From: a virus | Taxonomy: Duplodnaviria > Caudoviricetes | DNA length: 59,554 bases | Direction: 5' to 3' (one strand) | Virus record (IMG/VR): IMGVR_UViG_3300001799_000004 | Location: 1-59,554 of that record | Part shown: positions 9,549-19,160 of the stretch, in pieces | Layout of the letters: the number at the start of each line of letters is the position of its first letter | Numbering within the stretch: position 1 is the stretch's first letter | Notes under the pieces: generated by a model | Database searches by the model: none | What the model was told of the DNA's origin: nothing | Seen by the model: only the letters and a program-made list of their open reading frames with translations | Made by a program: the position numbers and the translations under genes

Positions 9549-9643
9549 ATGGGGGTGGCGAAAGTGGTTTCGCGTTTGGGCGTACGCAGAGTTCAGAAAG
9601 TTGTAACTCTTAACCATATAAGGTTCGATCCCTTCCCCCCAGC
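9549..9643 (+). ncRNA. tRNA-like element with non-canonical anticodon region
   Basis: Acceptor TGGGGG/CCCCCA, D-arm GCGA-AAGTGGTT-TCGC, T-arm AAGG-TTCGATC-CCTT at canonical spacing. Confidence 0.55.
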
Positions 9644-9674
9644 AACTTTACTATCAATAAAAATCTTTAAAACA

Positions 9675-11384
9675 ATGCAACAACAAATTCAGTACATCAA
9701 AACAAATCAACTCCATGAGAGCTCATTAAACCCACGCAAGGAGTTTGATCAGCACGGAATTGATGAGCTCGCCGAAAGCATCAGGCAAGTAGGCATATTG
9801 CAGCCTATTATTGCCAGGTTAAACACAACGGTTATCAAAAAAACAATCCCAATCTATGAAGTGATTTGTGGTTCCCGCCGCCTCTCCGCTGCTGTTATTG
9901 CCGGATTAACCGAAGTCCCGGTAATTTTAAGAGACCTTTCTGACGAGGAAGCCTTCGACTTGATGATCACGGAGAACCTCCAGAGAAAGGACGTGAGCCC
10001 CCTGGAAGAGGCTGTAGCTTATCAAAGCTTAATCAGTAAGGGAACATACGATGTTCACAGCCTGAGTATCCGATTTGGCAAGTCAGAATCTTACATCCGT
10101 CAGCGAGTGAAACTCAACGACCTGATTAACGAGTTTAAAGACCTGCTCCGTAAAGAAGTGATCAACCTGTCAGCGGCTCTTGAGATTGCTAAGTTGAATC
10201 AGGATAACCAGATCGAACTTTACGATGATAGCTATAAAAACCATGAGCAAGCTTACGGTTCACTTCCAAGTTTAAAACAGCTCAAAAGAACTATTGAGCG
10301 TGATTTCATGACCGACTTGTCTGACGCACCTTTCGATATCCATGACGTCACACTAGGGCCATTTGGTTCTTGCATAGGTTGCCAGTTCAACACTGCCTCA
10401 GAGACGCTTTTGTTTCCTGATGCCCCGGAGCAAGGAAGATGTATCAATATTACCTGTTTCAAAGAGAAAAAGAACCGGCACTTTGAACGCGAGATACAAC
10501 GTGTTCAGCAGGAGGAACCAGACGTGATCCTTGGTGCACCAGGATACATTTACGGTGAGGAGGAAAAGAGGATTAATGAAATGAAGAAGCAAGGTGTCCC
10601 GGTTGTTGAAATGAGCTGGTCAAATGGGTTTAGCGAGGTTACAATACCGGAACAACCAGATACACCAGATGCAAGCTACTACGAAACTACGGAAGACTAT
10701 GAAGAGGCGATGGAAGACTATCTTGATGAGGTAAAAGACTATGAAAATGACCTTAAGGAATACAACGAGAAGATTGCTTCGGGTGTGGTGCGCAAAGTGT
10801 TTATGGCGGCCGGTAATGACAAAGGGAAGGTAAGGTATTATGAACCAGTTGGAAAGAGGGCCAATGGGTCATTATCGGAGCAATCTGGAGCTGATGTGGC
10901 TAAAGAGGAACAGATTAAGGAACTTCAGGAGAAAGACAAGCGTAACGCTGAACTTGCTTTTGAAAAGACATATACTGATGTAAAAGGTTTGCTTGAAGAA
11001 AACATCTACAGCAACATCGAGGAAAACCTTTCACAATCTGAATGGCAGGCGGTTTATGTTGTTCTTCTTGAAAGTATCGGGCATGTGCCCTTAAGAGAAG
11101 AAATCAATCCTGAGGGCAGCTATATAGATAACAAGCAAAAGACTGAAATTGCTTCCAAACTTGATATCAATCAGATAAACCGATTATTCCGTGCATTTCT
11201 GCAGAACAGGCTCGAAACAGGTTCCCCTCTTTACCAAGTGAGCGAAGCAAAATCACTTATCAGCATCGCTTCTGAGAAATACCCTGAGCTAGTGAAAGAG
11301 ATCGATTTGAAACATCAAGGGGTCTACCTCAAACGCAAAGAAAGCATTGAGAAAAAAATTCAGGAACTCACATCAAACCAATAA
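9675..11384 (+). CDS. Long ParB/RepB/Spo0J family protein
   Basis: NPRKEF, ELAESIRQVGILQPI, GSRR, ENLQRKD..PLEEA; AT-rich leader favours start 9675. Confidence 0.9.
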   Translation: MQQQIQYIKTNQLHESSLNPRKEFDQHGIDELAESIRQVGILQPIIARLNTTVIKKTIPIYEVICGSRRLSAAVIAGLTEVPVILRDLSDEEAFDLMITENLQRKDVSPLEEAVAYQSLISKGTYDVHSLSIRFGKSESYIRQRVKLNDLINEFKDLLRKEVINLSAALEIAKLNQDNQIELYDDSYKNHEQAYGSLPSLKQLKRTIERDFMTDLSDAPFDIHDVTLGPFGSCIGCQFNTASETLLFPDAPEQGRCINITCFKEKKNRHFEREIQRVQQEEPDVILGAPGYIYGEEEKRINEMKKQGVPVVEMSWSNGFSEVTIPEQPDTPDASYYETTEDYEEAMEDYLDEVKDYENDLKEYNEKIASGVVRKVFMAAGNDKGKVRYYEPVGKRANGSLSEQSGADVAKEEQIKELQEKDKRNAELAFEKTYTDVKGLLEENIYSNIEENLSQSEWQAVYVVLLESIGHVPLREEINPEGSYIDNKQKTEIASKLDINQINRLFRAFLQNRLETGSPLYQVSEAKSLISIASEKYPELVKEIDLKHQGVYLKRKESIEKKIQELTSNQ

Positions 11385-11387
11385 ACC

Positions 11388-11642
11388 ATGGAAACAATTG
11401 CATCCTTTATCAGGTTGATTTTTGGGTACACTTATGTGACTCGCAAGAATCCACGCTCATTCAATGAGGTACACAAATTCAGTTGCAAACACGGAAAGTC
11501 TATTAGTCATAAGAGATATATGACAAAATCAGCTGCTTACACTCTGATAGTTGAGAATGGGGGAACCAGGAATTATGACGGCTGCAGATACTGTATGCCA
11601 GAAATGAATTCTGAGGAAATCAGGAATACATCAAATAAGTAG
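11388..11642 (+). CDS. Hypothetical protein, possible Zn-binding
   Basis: EVH..SC...CRYC. Confidence 0.55.
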   Translation: METIASFIRLIFGYTYVTRKNPRSFNEVHKFSCKHGKSISHKRYMTKSAAYTLIVENGGTRNYDGCRYCMPEMNSEEIRNTSNK

Positions 11643-11664
11643 ATAACCAATCAACCTTTTGATA

Positions 11665-12291
11665 ATGACCGGTAGCGAATTAAGGTATCTCAAAAGCAGG
11701 TATCCGCACATCAGCACTTCTGTGATTGCAAAGTTTTTGGGTGTATCCGTTTCTGCTGTTTACCAACAAGCGCAGGCTTTAGGTGTCAAAAAATCGGAAG
11801 AATTCCTTTTGAGCGAGAAATCTGGACGGTTGAATAAAAAGCTTGCAGATGTGGGCAAACGCTACAGGTTCAAGAAAGGTCATACTCCTGCCAATAAAGG
11901 GAAAAAGATGTCGCCGGAGGTGCGGGAACGCATCAAACATACCTGGTTCAAAAAAGGCCATGAACCTCACAACACCAAGCATGACGGATATATCTCAATC
12001 AGGAAGGATTCGCACGGCCGCCCATACGCTCATATTCGGATATCAAAAGGCAAATTCGAGTTGCTTCACAGACATATCTGGGAGCAGCATAACGGCCCGG
12101 TACCGAAAGGTCAGATTGTGGCTTTCAAAAACGGCGACACTTCCGATTTCCGGATCGAAAACCTTGAGCTGATCACACGCGAAGAAAACATGCTTCGTAA
12201 TACCCGACACAATTATCCGAAAGATTTACAGCAGGCCATTATGGCATTAAACAAACTCAAAAAAGCAATAAAAGACTATGGCAAAGAATGA
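11665..12291 (+). CDS. HNH-family (HNH_3-like) protein with N-terminal HTH
   Basis: FKKGH repeats; HRHIWEQHNGPVP..FKNGD..ENLELIT. Confidence 0.8.
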   Translation: MTGSELRYLKSRYPHISTSVIAKFLGVSVSAVYQQAQALGVKKSEEFLLSEKSGRLNKKLADVGKRYRFKKGHTPANKGKKMSPEVRERIKHTWFKKGHEPHNTKHDGYISIRKDSHGRPYAHIRISKGKFELLHRHIWEQHNGPVPKGQIVAFKNGDTSDFRIENLELITREENMLRNTRHNYPKDLQQAIMALNKLKKAIKDYGKE

Positions 12292-12553
12292 TTTAACGGC
12301 ACTACGTGACCATATGTTTGAGGTCATTGAAAGGCTCAAGTCGAACAACGATCCTCAAGCTGATGAATGTGAGAAGATGGATGTAGAAACTGCAAAGGCA
12401 ATAACCAATGCAGCTCAGACAATTGTTCACTCTGCAAAGATTGAAATTGACTTTCTCAAAATCATTGCCAAGGGCGACAATATTCAGGGCGTTGAAGCAG
12501 CGGCAGAAAAGACACGGTTTTTAAGTCATAAGGCAAATGGATCCCAGGGTTAA
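12278..12553 (+). CDS. Hypothetical phage protein
   Basis: Overlap-coupled to HNH gene. Confidence 0.65.
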   Translation: MAKNDLTALRDHMFEVIERLKSNNDPQADECEKMDVETAKAITNAAQTIVHSAKIEIDFLKIIAKGDNIQGVEAAAEKTRFLSHKANGSQG

Positions 12554-12740
12554 ACGTCGATACAACTTAACCTATCGGGCCCGGAAAAAGGGTGTTAAGG
12601 TGGATGGTTACCGTCACAGAATAACGCTTGCATTTGATGAAATAGCAAGGCTTGTCACTGTCCCGGAAGCTATCAACCTGATCAATGAGTATCAATTTGA
12701 GATTAAACAAGATAGACAATTAAAGATTCAATTCAAATGA
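12537..12740 (+). CDS. Hypothetical basic protein
   Basis: Overlap-coupled ORF. Confidence 0.55.
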   Translation: MDPRVKRRYNLTYRARKKGVKVDGYRHRITLAFDEIARLVTVPEAINLINEYQFEIKQDRQLKIQFK

Positions 12741-13066
12741 CAGAACAGTTTAAAGCATGGGCGATGGTAGAACTTTTCGGCCACACCCGTATAGCAGGAG
12801 AAGTAAGTGAGCAAAACATTGCAGGAGGTGCAATGGTGCGAATTGACGTTCCGGAAACCGAATCAAGCCCGGCATTCAGCCGAATCGTCAACGTGAACGC
12901 AATTTATGCCATCAACCCGATGACAGAAGAAATGGCTCGCAGCATTGCCGGACAGCTCAACATCAAACCGATCCAGCCTTGGGATATCCGTGAATACGTT
13001 GAGAAAAACAAGAGAGCCTTGATGCAGCCTAAAGGAGAATTTGACGAATTCCTTGAAGAAGACTAA
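12737..13066 (+). CDS. Conserved phage hypothetical protein
   Basis: WAMVELFGH..IAG...RIDVP motif. Confidence 0.65.
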   Translation: MTEQFKAWAMVELFGHTRIAGEVSEQNIAGGAMVRIDVPETESSPAFSRIVNVNAIYAINPMTEEMARSIAGQLNIKPIQPWDIREYVEKNKRALMQPKGEFDEFLEED

Positions 13067-13068
13067 TC

Positions 13069-14724
13069 ATGACAATCACTGAACAAGGTAAACACTTCCG
13101 CATTATGTTCCGGTACATGCCGCATTTGGTAGAGGCTGTTAAAGCTCTTCCGGAAAGACGTTTTGACCCGGTCAACAAATGCTGGCTCGTCCCACTTACC
13201 GAAAGGGATGAGGTCATGGCTTTTGCCAGGCGGTATAAGTTTCAAACCACCACCAGCCTTGAGGAAGAACAATATGCCGACATACCACCGCTGCCTAGTT
13301 TGAATATCGATATACCTTTAAAACTAAGGCTGTTTCTTTACCAGACCCAAGGCGTTGCATATGCACTTGAAAAGAAAAGGCTGATAATAGCAGATCAACC
13401 AGGGCTCGGAAAAACAGCCCAGGCCATAGCAACTGTTGTAGCTGCAGAAGCATTCCCAAGCCTTGTAATTGCACCTTCATCCCTGAAGATAAACTGGCAG
13501 AGGGAATGGCATATGTGGTCACATAAAAAGGCAATGATCCTTAATGATGATGTTAAACACAACTTCCATCTTTATCACAGCTCAGGGCTGGTTGATGTTT
13601 TCATAGTCAATTATGAAAGCCTAAAGAAGTATTTTGTTCAGAGTGTCTCAGTACCCCCTGGTGCAAAACTCAGGCTTAATCACGTGAAGTTCAAAGAACA
13701 TTTAACAGGGATGTTCAAGAGTGTGATCATCGATGAAAGCCACCGGGTCAAATCTACAGCAACTCAGCAGACAAAGTTCACTAAGGGCATTGCATCCGGA
13801 AAGGAGTACATCCTGGCATTGACTGGTACTCCGGTAATAAACAAACCAAAGGACCTGATATCACAGTTAGGCATCATTGAACAGATGCCAAGGTTCGGAG
13901 GGTATCAAAGGTTTACTCAACGCTATTGCAGCGGCCCTCAGGAAGCCTCAAACCTTCGGGAACTAAATTATATGCTCAACCTGAACTGCTTCTATAGGCG
14001 GGATAAGCAAGACGTGTTGAAAGACCTTCCGGCAAAGATGCGACAGTTGGTATTGTGCCAGATTAACACTCGAAGAGAGTACAATGAAGCTGAAGCAAAC
14101 CTGATTAAATACCTGATTCAATACAAAGAGGCCGACGATGAGAAGATTGCTCGGGCTCTGCGTGGTGAAGTAATGGTTTTGATCGGGATACTGAAGAACA
14201 TTTCAGCAAGGGGAAAACTTGCAGACGTGTTCGAGTTTGTAAATGATATCATGGAATCAGGGGAAAAGCTGGTATTATTCGCTCACCTGAAAGAGGTTAT
14301 CCAGGCTATTCACAAGCATTATCCCGAAGCGGTAACTATTACCGGCAATGACAGCACTTTACAACGTCAACAGGCTGTAGATAGCTTTCAAAACAACCCG
14401 GAGACGAAACTGATCATTTGTTCCATCAAAGCTGCCGGAGTGGGCTTGACACTTACAGCCAGCTCCAGGGTCGCATTTGTCGAACTCCCATGGACAGCAG
14501 CCGACTGCGATCAATGTGAGGATCGTTGTCACCGGATCGGCCAACATGATTCTGTGACTTGTACGTACTTCCTCGGTCAGGAAACGATTGATGAGAAGAT
14601 ATACCGGATCATTCAAACAAAGCGTGAAATAGCTCACACGGTCACCGGTGCAACTGAACAGGTTGAGGAGGACATTGTGAACATGGTAGCTGATTTATTT
14701 AACCAAAAAACCGAACAACAATGA
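13069..14724 (+). CDS. SNF2-family helicase with HARP-like N-terminus
   Basis: ADQPGLGKT, IIDESH, LTGTP, GVGLTLT, QCEDRCHRIGQ. Confidence 0.92.
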   Translation: MTITEQGKHFRIMFRYMPHLVEAVKALPERRFDPVNKCWLVPLTERDEVMAFARRYKFQTTTSLEEEQYADIPPLPSLNIDIPLKLRLFLYQTQGVAYALEKKRLIIADQPGLGKTAQAIATVVAAEAFPSLVIAPSSLKINWQREWHMWSHKKAMILNDDVKHNFHLYHSSGLVDVFIVNYESLKKYFVQSVSVPPGAKLRLNHVKFKEHLTGMFKSVIIDESHRVKSTATQQTKFTKGIASGKEYILALTGTPVINKPKDLISQLGIIEQMPRFGGYQRFTQRYCSGPQEASNLRELNYMLNLNCFYRRDKQDVLKDLPAKMRQLVLCQINTRREYNEAEANLIKYLIQYKEADDEKIARALRGEVMVLIGILKNISARGKLADVFEFVNDIMESGEKLVLFAHLKEVIQAIHKHYPEAVTITGNDSTLQRQQAVDSFQNNPETKLIICSIKAAGVGLTLTASSRVAFVELPWTAADCDQCEDRCHRIGQHDSVTCTYFLGQETIDEKIYRIIQTKREIAHTVTGATEQVEEDIVNMVADLFNQKTEQQ

Positions 14725-15047
14725 AAACATGGTTATTCATCCTGATTCTGATTGCCGCTGCAATCATTCTTGTCCCTTTCGTGCTGTATGGATTTGCTCT
14801 TATCAATGAAGAGATGAAGCTCCGGGCATGGAGAAAAGATATTGCCCGTGGAATGAGTGTTATTGTGGACAATGGTCACCGGGTATTTATAGCCAAGGTA
14901 GTAGGCCAACACTATGGAAGTATAAGGGTTATTGGCGAAGATGGGCTGTTTGGGGCTTATGGAGAGAAATGTATTTTCCCGCTAAACTATTATGTGATTG
15001 AAGATGAGAACAATATACAGAACGAAAATACTACTCAAGAAAAATGA
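14721..15047 (+). CDS. Membrane-anchored hypothetical protein
   Basis: N-terminal hydrophobic helix. Confidence 0.55.
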   Translation: MKTWLFILILIAAAIILVPFVLYGFALINEEMKLRAWRKDIARGMSVIVDNGHRVFIAKVVGQHYGSIRVIGEDGLFGAYGEKCIFPLNYYVIEDENNIQNENTTQEK

Positions 15048-15174
15048 GCAGTTGGTTGAGGATCGAACGAAAGAATTCAAAACGGAACTTACCATCGACC
15101 AGTACAAAAAGACGATAGTGGATGAGTACCGGGCAAGAGGACTCGAAGTAAATGTTGACGTAACCTACAAGTAA
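15004..15174 (+). CDS. 56-aa hypothetical protein (below track cut-off)
   Basis: MRTIYRTKILLKKNEQ...VDVTYK fills gap before initiator gene. Confidence 0.45.
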   Translation: MRTIYRTKILLKKNEQLVEDRTKEFKTELTIDQYKKTIVDEYRARGLEVNVDVTYK

Positions 15175-15180
15175 AACTTT

Positions 15181-16074
15181 ATGGCAAGGACAAACCAAAT
15201 CGGAATCAAATACTTCAGCTTTGACGTTGACTTCTTTAACGATGAAAAGATTGAATTTACCTCAGCCAGATTCGGTGTAAAAGGAGAAGTAATTGCAATC
15301 CGGTTATTGTGCAAGATTTATCGCAACGGCTATTATACTCCCTGGAATGATGATGAAAGCGCCCTGCTTGCGAAACGTGCGGGAGATGGTGTCTCCCCTT
15401 CGTTAGTGAGCGAAGTGGTTAAAGAATTGGTTAAGCGCGGCTTTTTTAATGAAACCCTACTTAACAGGTTCGGTATATTAACATCAAGGGGAATACAAAA
15501 GCGATATTTTGATGCAACAAAAAGGTTCAAGTCTGTCGAGGTTGAGCGTGATTATTTGCTTGCAGAAGTCTCTGAAATTGGAAATGTTCACATTAATTCT
15601 AATAATGTTGACATAAATTCAGAAAATGAAAACATTAATAAACAAAAGAAAAGAAAAGAAATTAAAGAAAAAGAAATTACTTCAGAAGATAAATCTTCTT
15701 GTCACCTTGACGGTGACGAACCGCCTTTAGACCCTCGAATAAGTTATACTGAATTCATTGAGGGATTCAATAAGATATGCACCAGGTTGCCAAAAGTCCA
15801 GATAATAACAGAAAAACGCCGGGGGTTCATCAATGCCCGGCTGAAGGAACATGGCCATGAAAGAATCTTTGAGATGTTTCAAAAAGCAAATAATTCAGAT
15901 TTTCTTGCCGGTCAAACCGGTGACTGGATGGCTGACTTTGACTGGCTAATGAGACCAAACAATTTTGTAAAAGTCCTTGAAGGTAAATATAATAACAAGA
16001 TCAATGGAACCACAACCCTTAAAGCAAATGATCCGAGGCGCTCTGCAGCCGAGGGATACGCAATACCCCTCTAA
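15181..16074 (+). CDS. Replication initiator (DUF4373-like N-terminus)
   Basis: YFSFDVDFFNDEKI, ILTSRGIQKRY, ADFDWL..NF.KVLEGKY. Confidence 0.85.
   Translation: MARTNQIGIKYFSFDVDFFNDEKIEFTSARFGVKGEVIAIRLLCKIYRNGYYTPWNDDESALLAKRAGDGVSPSLVSEVVKELVKRGFFNETLLNRFGILTSRGIQKRYFDATKRFKSVEVERDYLLAEVSEIGNVHINSNNVDINSENENINKQKKRKEIKEKEITSEDKSSCHLDGDEPPLDPRISYTEFIEGFNKICTRLPKVQIITEKRRGFINARLKEHGHERIFEMFQKANNSDFLAGQTGDWMADFDWLMRPNNFVKVLEGKYNNKINGTTTLKANDPRRSAAEGYAIPL
15583..15680. repeat. Probable origin: three 21-bp-spaced iterons plus A-rich tract
   Basis: AATGTTCACATTAAT (15583), AATGTTGACATAAAT (15604), AATGAAAACATTAAT (15625), then AAAAG repeats. Confidence 0.65.
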
Positions 16075-16888
16075 TCTTCCGGAGTTGACTGAAGAAGAGA
16101 CAAACAGGGCTATTATGTCAGAGAAACGTCGCCGAGCGGCAATTTCTGGTTCTCTTCCTGAAAATATACACATTAGCAAGGATACATCAGAACAAATAAT
16201 CTTAATGGCGAGAAATGAGAAGAAGTGCCAACTACTCGCAAAGAATTATTGGGCTAAGGTTGATAAACAAAGAGAATTGACACAGTTTTCTCAAGATGAG
16301 ATGTATCAATTGTTTATTGAAAGAGCAAGCAGGATAATAAAAAAAGAATTCATAATTGACCAATACAATGAGCAGGTAATAAAATTACTATGCATGTATT
16401 TTACTGGTCATAAAGACGCCGAAAAGCATGGATTGAGTCTATCTAAAGGCATCCTGCTAATGGGAGAAAGAGGCACGGGCAAATCGGTTATTATGAAGGC
16501 TTTTTCATCAAATCAGCATCAGTCCTATATGCTTGTTAACGTAAGACTAGTTACATACGATTTTGCAGAACATGGGTTTAAAGTTGTTAAGAATTTTAGC
16601 ACGCCGGAAACAATCCCGATGAACCATTATGGACAAGAATTAATTGGGTGTTGCTTTGATGACCTTGGTACTGATGAGGAGAGAAAGCATTTTGGAGATA
16701 AAGTCAATGCGATCGGTGAGATATTGCTAAACCGTTACGATTCGGTTGAACATAAATTCACACACATAACTACAAACCTGAATGCAAATGCAATTGAACA
16801 GTTTTATGGTCCAAGGTTAAGAAGTCGTTTTCGGGAAATGTTTAATGTGATCAGTTTCGACGCCAAAGCCCCTGACAGGAGAAAATGA
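16004..16888 (+). CDS. DnaC/IstB-like ATPase (helicase loader)
   Basis: GERGTGKS, CFDDLG, THITTNL, RLRSRFREM. Confidence 0.85.
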   Translation: MEPQPLKQMIRGALQPRDTQYPSNLPELTEEETNRAIMSEKRRRAAISGSLPENIHISKDTSEQIILMARNEKKCQLLAKNYWAKVDKQRELTQFSQDEMYQLFIERASRIIKKEFIIDQYNEQVIKLLCMYFTGHKDAEKHGLSLSKGILLMGERGTGKSVIMKAFSSNQHQSYMLVNVRLVTYDFAEHGFKVVKNFSTPETIPMNHYGQELIGCCFDDLGTDEERKHFGDKVNAIGEILLNRYDSVEHKFTHITTNLNANAIEQFYGPRLRSRFREMFNVISFDAKAPDRRK

Positions 16889-16889
16889 T

Positions 16890-17342
16890 ATGGAAAAGTT
16901 TAGCCCAGATATGACTATAAAAGCTCTTTCGTGGCGGCAGCCCTATGCTGATTTGATGCTGATGGGAAAAATTGAGACCCGGACATGGCCAACGAATTAC
17001 CGTGGATGGGTGTTGATCTGCTCAAGCAAGAGACCATATTTTCTTGACCAGGTTATTAATATTTCAGGTTCAGAACATCTGCTTAGGATTTTTGATCAAA
17101 TGGAGGCATACAACAGGTTCACTCAAAAAGATGGATATGCTATTGGTATCGGCAGGTTGATCGATTGCCGGCCCATGACAAAAGAAGATGAGGATGCATG
17201 CTATGTCAATTACTTTCCGGGCCTTTACTGTCATGTTTACAGCGATGTTCAACCTCTACGCAGTCCTTTCCCATGGAAAGGCTCCCAGGGATGGCGTACG
17301 GTTGACCAGAAAACGAAGGAATTAATTACCCAAATGCTATGA
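16890..17342 (+). CDS. ASCH domain protein
   Basis: ALSWRQPYA..KIETRTW..YRG..LI, KGSQGW. Confidence 0.85.
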   Translation: MEKFSPDMTIKALSWRQPYADLMLMGKIETRTWPTNYRGWVLICSSKRPYFLDQVINISGSEHLLRIFDQMEAYNRFTQKDGYAIGIGRLIDCRPMTKEDEDACYVNYFPGLYCHVYSDVQPLRSPFPWKGSQGWRTVDQKTKELITQML

Positions 17343-17536
17343 AAAGCCAGCTGAGACAGTCACTCGTTGAGTATTTCTCCCAGGAGCATGGTGTGACATT
17401 GCTTGAAAGTGACTTCAATGAGATAGATGAAATACTGAGCAGATACAAATACTGCCGCTGCGGAAGCAGATGCCTGATAAACACCACTGGTAAAGAGTTA
17501 AGATGCCGTATATGCAAGAAAAAACTGAAGCCATGA
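17339..17536 (+). CDS. Small Zn-finger protein
   Basis: CRCG...CRIC. Confidence 0.55.
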   Translation: MKSQLRQSLVEYFSQEHGVTLLESDFNEIDEILSRYKYCRCGSRCLINTTGKELRCRICKKKLKP

Positions 17537-17880
17537 AATCACTGGAAGGAAAACTACAAACAGAGTGCTTCAAATGGTTCCGCTATGCATACCCAAAATA
17601 CAAGAAATTATTCTATGCCATCCCGAACGGTGGAAGCCGGAATAAGATCGAGGCAAAAAACCTCAAGCTTCAAGGTGTGGTTCCCGGGGTGTCTGATACC
17701 TGCCTGGCTGTTCCGCGAAATGGGTATCATGGCCTATACATCGAGTTCAAGTACGGCAAGAATGATTTGAGTGATGATCAGGAAGAGTTTCTTGATGAGG
17801 TAAAGAAGCAGGGATATGCTACAGCTGTAGTATGGACCTTTGACGAGTTTGAAAAAGTGATAACGGAATATTTGAAATAA
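17533..17880 (+). CDS. VRR-NUC domain nuclease
   Basis: AIPNGG, GVSD, LYIEFK, SDDQ. Confidence 0.9.
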   Translation: MKSLEGKLQTECFKWFRYAYPKYKKLFYAIPNGGSRNKIEAKNLKLQGVVPGVSDTCLAVPRNGYHGLYIEFKYGKNDLSDDQEEFLDEVKKQGYATAVVWTFDEFEKVITEYLK

Positions 17881-17887
17881 TGCTTTT

Positions 17888-18679
17888 ATGGAAAATCTAA
17901 ATTTGTTTAATTACAATGGCTTTCCAGTAAGCTTCAGGTCCAAAGATACTGAAGTAATGCTTAACGCAACGCAGATGGCCTCTGCATTCCGGAAACGGCC
18001 TGGGAAATGGTTAGAGCTGCCTTCTACTGAACAGTTCCTGTTGCGGTTGGAAGCTATCCGAAAAACGGATAGGTTAAAACTGATACAGACTATCAACGGC
18101 GTAGGGACATGGATGCATGAAGATGTGGCTTTGGAGTTTGCCCGGTGGCTATCCCCCAGTTTTGCAATCTGGTGTAATGACCGAATCAAAGAGCTTCTGA
18201 AGTTCAAAGCAACAGCCATCCACCCGGAAGATCTTCTGAACCCGGACTTCATCATAAACCTTGCGACTGAGTTAAAACGGGAGCGCGAAGAAAAGGAACG
18301 TTTCGCTCAAACGGCAATGCTTCAAGAAAAAGAACTGATTAAGGCGGCTCCAATGGTGCATTACTACAATAACGTTCTGCAGAGTGAAAGCCTTATCTCA
18401 ACAAATGTTATTGCAAAGGATATGGGAATGAGTGCAGTGACCTTGAATAGAATTCTGCATGGGCAGAAGATCATCTACAAATCAGGCAGAACATGGGTAC
18501 TTTATCATGAATACCAGAACAAAGGTTACACCCGGTCGAAAACGCACACATTCACTGACAACGAGGGGAATCTCAAGACAGCTGTAACAACTTACTGGAC
18601 TGAAAGGGGCAGGGCCTTTATTCAGTATATGGTTGGTAATGGATTTAAGAAAAGCGATGAAAAGGCGCATAGTGCGTAA
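17888..18679 (+). CDS. Antirepressor (KilA-N + KilAC/ANT)
   Basis: LNATQMA, GTWMHEDVALEFARWLSP, TYWTERGRAF. Confidence 0.9.
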   Translation: MENLNLFNYNGFPVSFRSKDTEVMLNATQMASAFRKRPGKWLELPSTEQFLLRLEAIRKTDRLKLIQTINGVGTWMHEDVALEFARWLSPSFAIWCNDRIKELLKFKATAIHPEDLLNPDFIINLATELKREREEKERFAQTAMLQEKELIKAAPMVHYYNNVLQSESLISTNVIAKDMGMSAVTLNRILHGQKIIYKSGRTWVLYHEYQNKGYTRSKTHTFTDNEGNLKTAVTTYWTERGRAFIQYMVGNGFKKSDEKAHSA

Positions 18680-18706
18680 CTCATTTATTAGAACACCCCA
18701 ACAACA

Positions 18707-19144
18707 ATGTACACACAAATCATTAATAATCAGTTTAGCCCCTACCTAATTCCAGGCATCCCGACAGAAAAAGTTCCGGCAAACACAGGCGTATTTATCA
18801 AAAGAATCATTGACACCTGCAGCTGTATTTACAAGGCTACGGATCTTCCGGAGAAAAAACGAAAGCGTGATCGTGTTGATGCCAGGTATATGGCCATCCT
18901 CTTGATGGTGTTTCTTGTGGGTGAATCGTTGAGTAGTGCGGCTGCCAGATTCAAAAGGGATCATTCGACAGCAGTTCATGGTCTCAAGATCATGCAACGG
19001 CTTTACCAGACCGATCCGGTGACTCGACGAAATCTTTCTGCAGCACTCGATCAACTCGCGGTTCAATTATCTGCCCGGAATGAGATCAAGGAATTTCTGC
19101 TTTCAGATATGACAATCTCAAAATTTAGAAGGTTTTGTCTTTAA
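18707..19144 (+). CDS. DnaA C-terminal-like HTH protein; candidate late regulator
   Basis: VDARYMA..SLS..A.F.RDHSTAVHG. Confidence 0.7.
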   Translation: MYTQIINNQFSPYLIPGIPTEKVPANTGVFIKRIIDTCSCIYKATDLPEKKRKRDRVDARYMAILLMVFLVGESLSSAAARFKRDHSTAVHGLKIMQRLYQTDPVTRRNLSAALDQLAVQLSARNEIKEFLLSDMTISKFRRFCL

Positions 19145-19160
19145 TGGACACAAAATCAAC

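Noticed and set aside
9549-9643. Functional tRNA-Tyr(GTA)
   Set aside because: GTA is present but not within a 5-bp stem and 7-nt loop with U33
9549-9674. 42-aa N-terminal extension of ParB from ATG 9549
   Set aside because: Region folds as a tRNA-like element; ATG 9675 has a typical AT-rich leader and ParB similarity begins there
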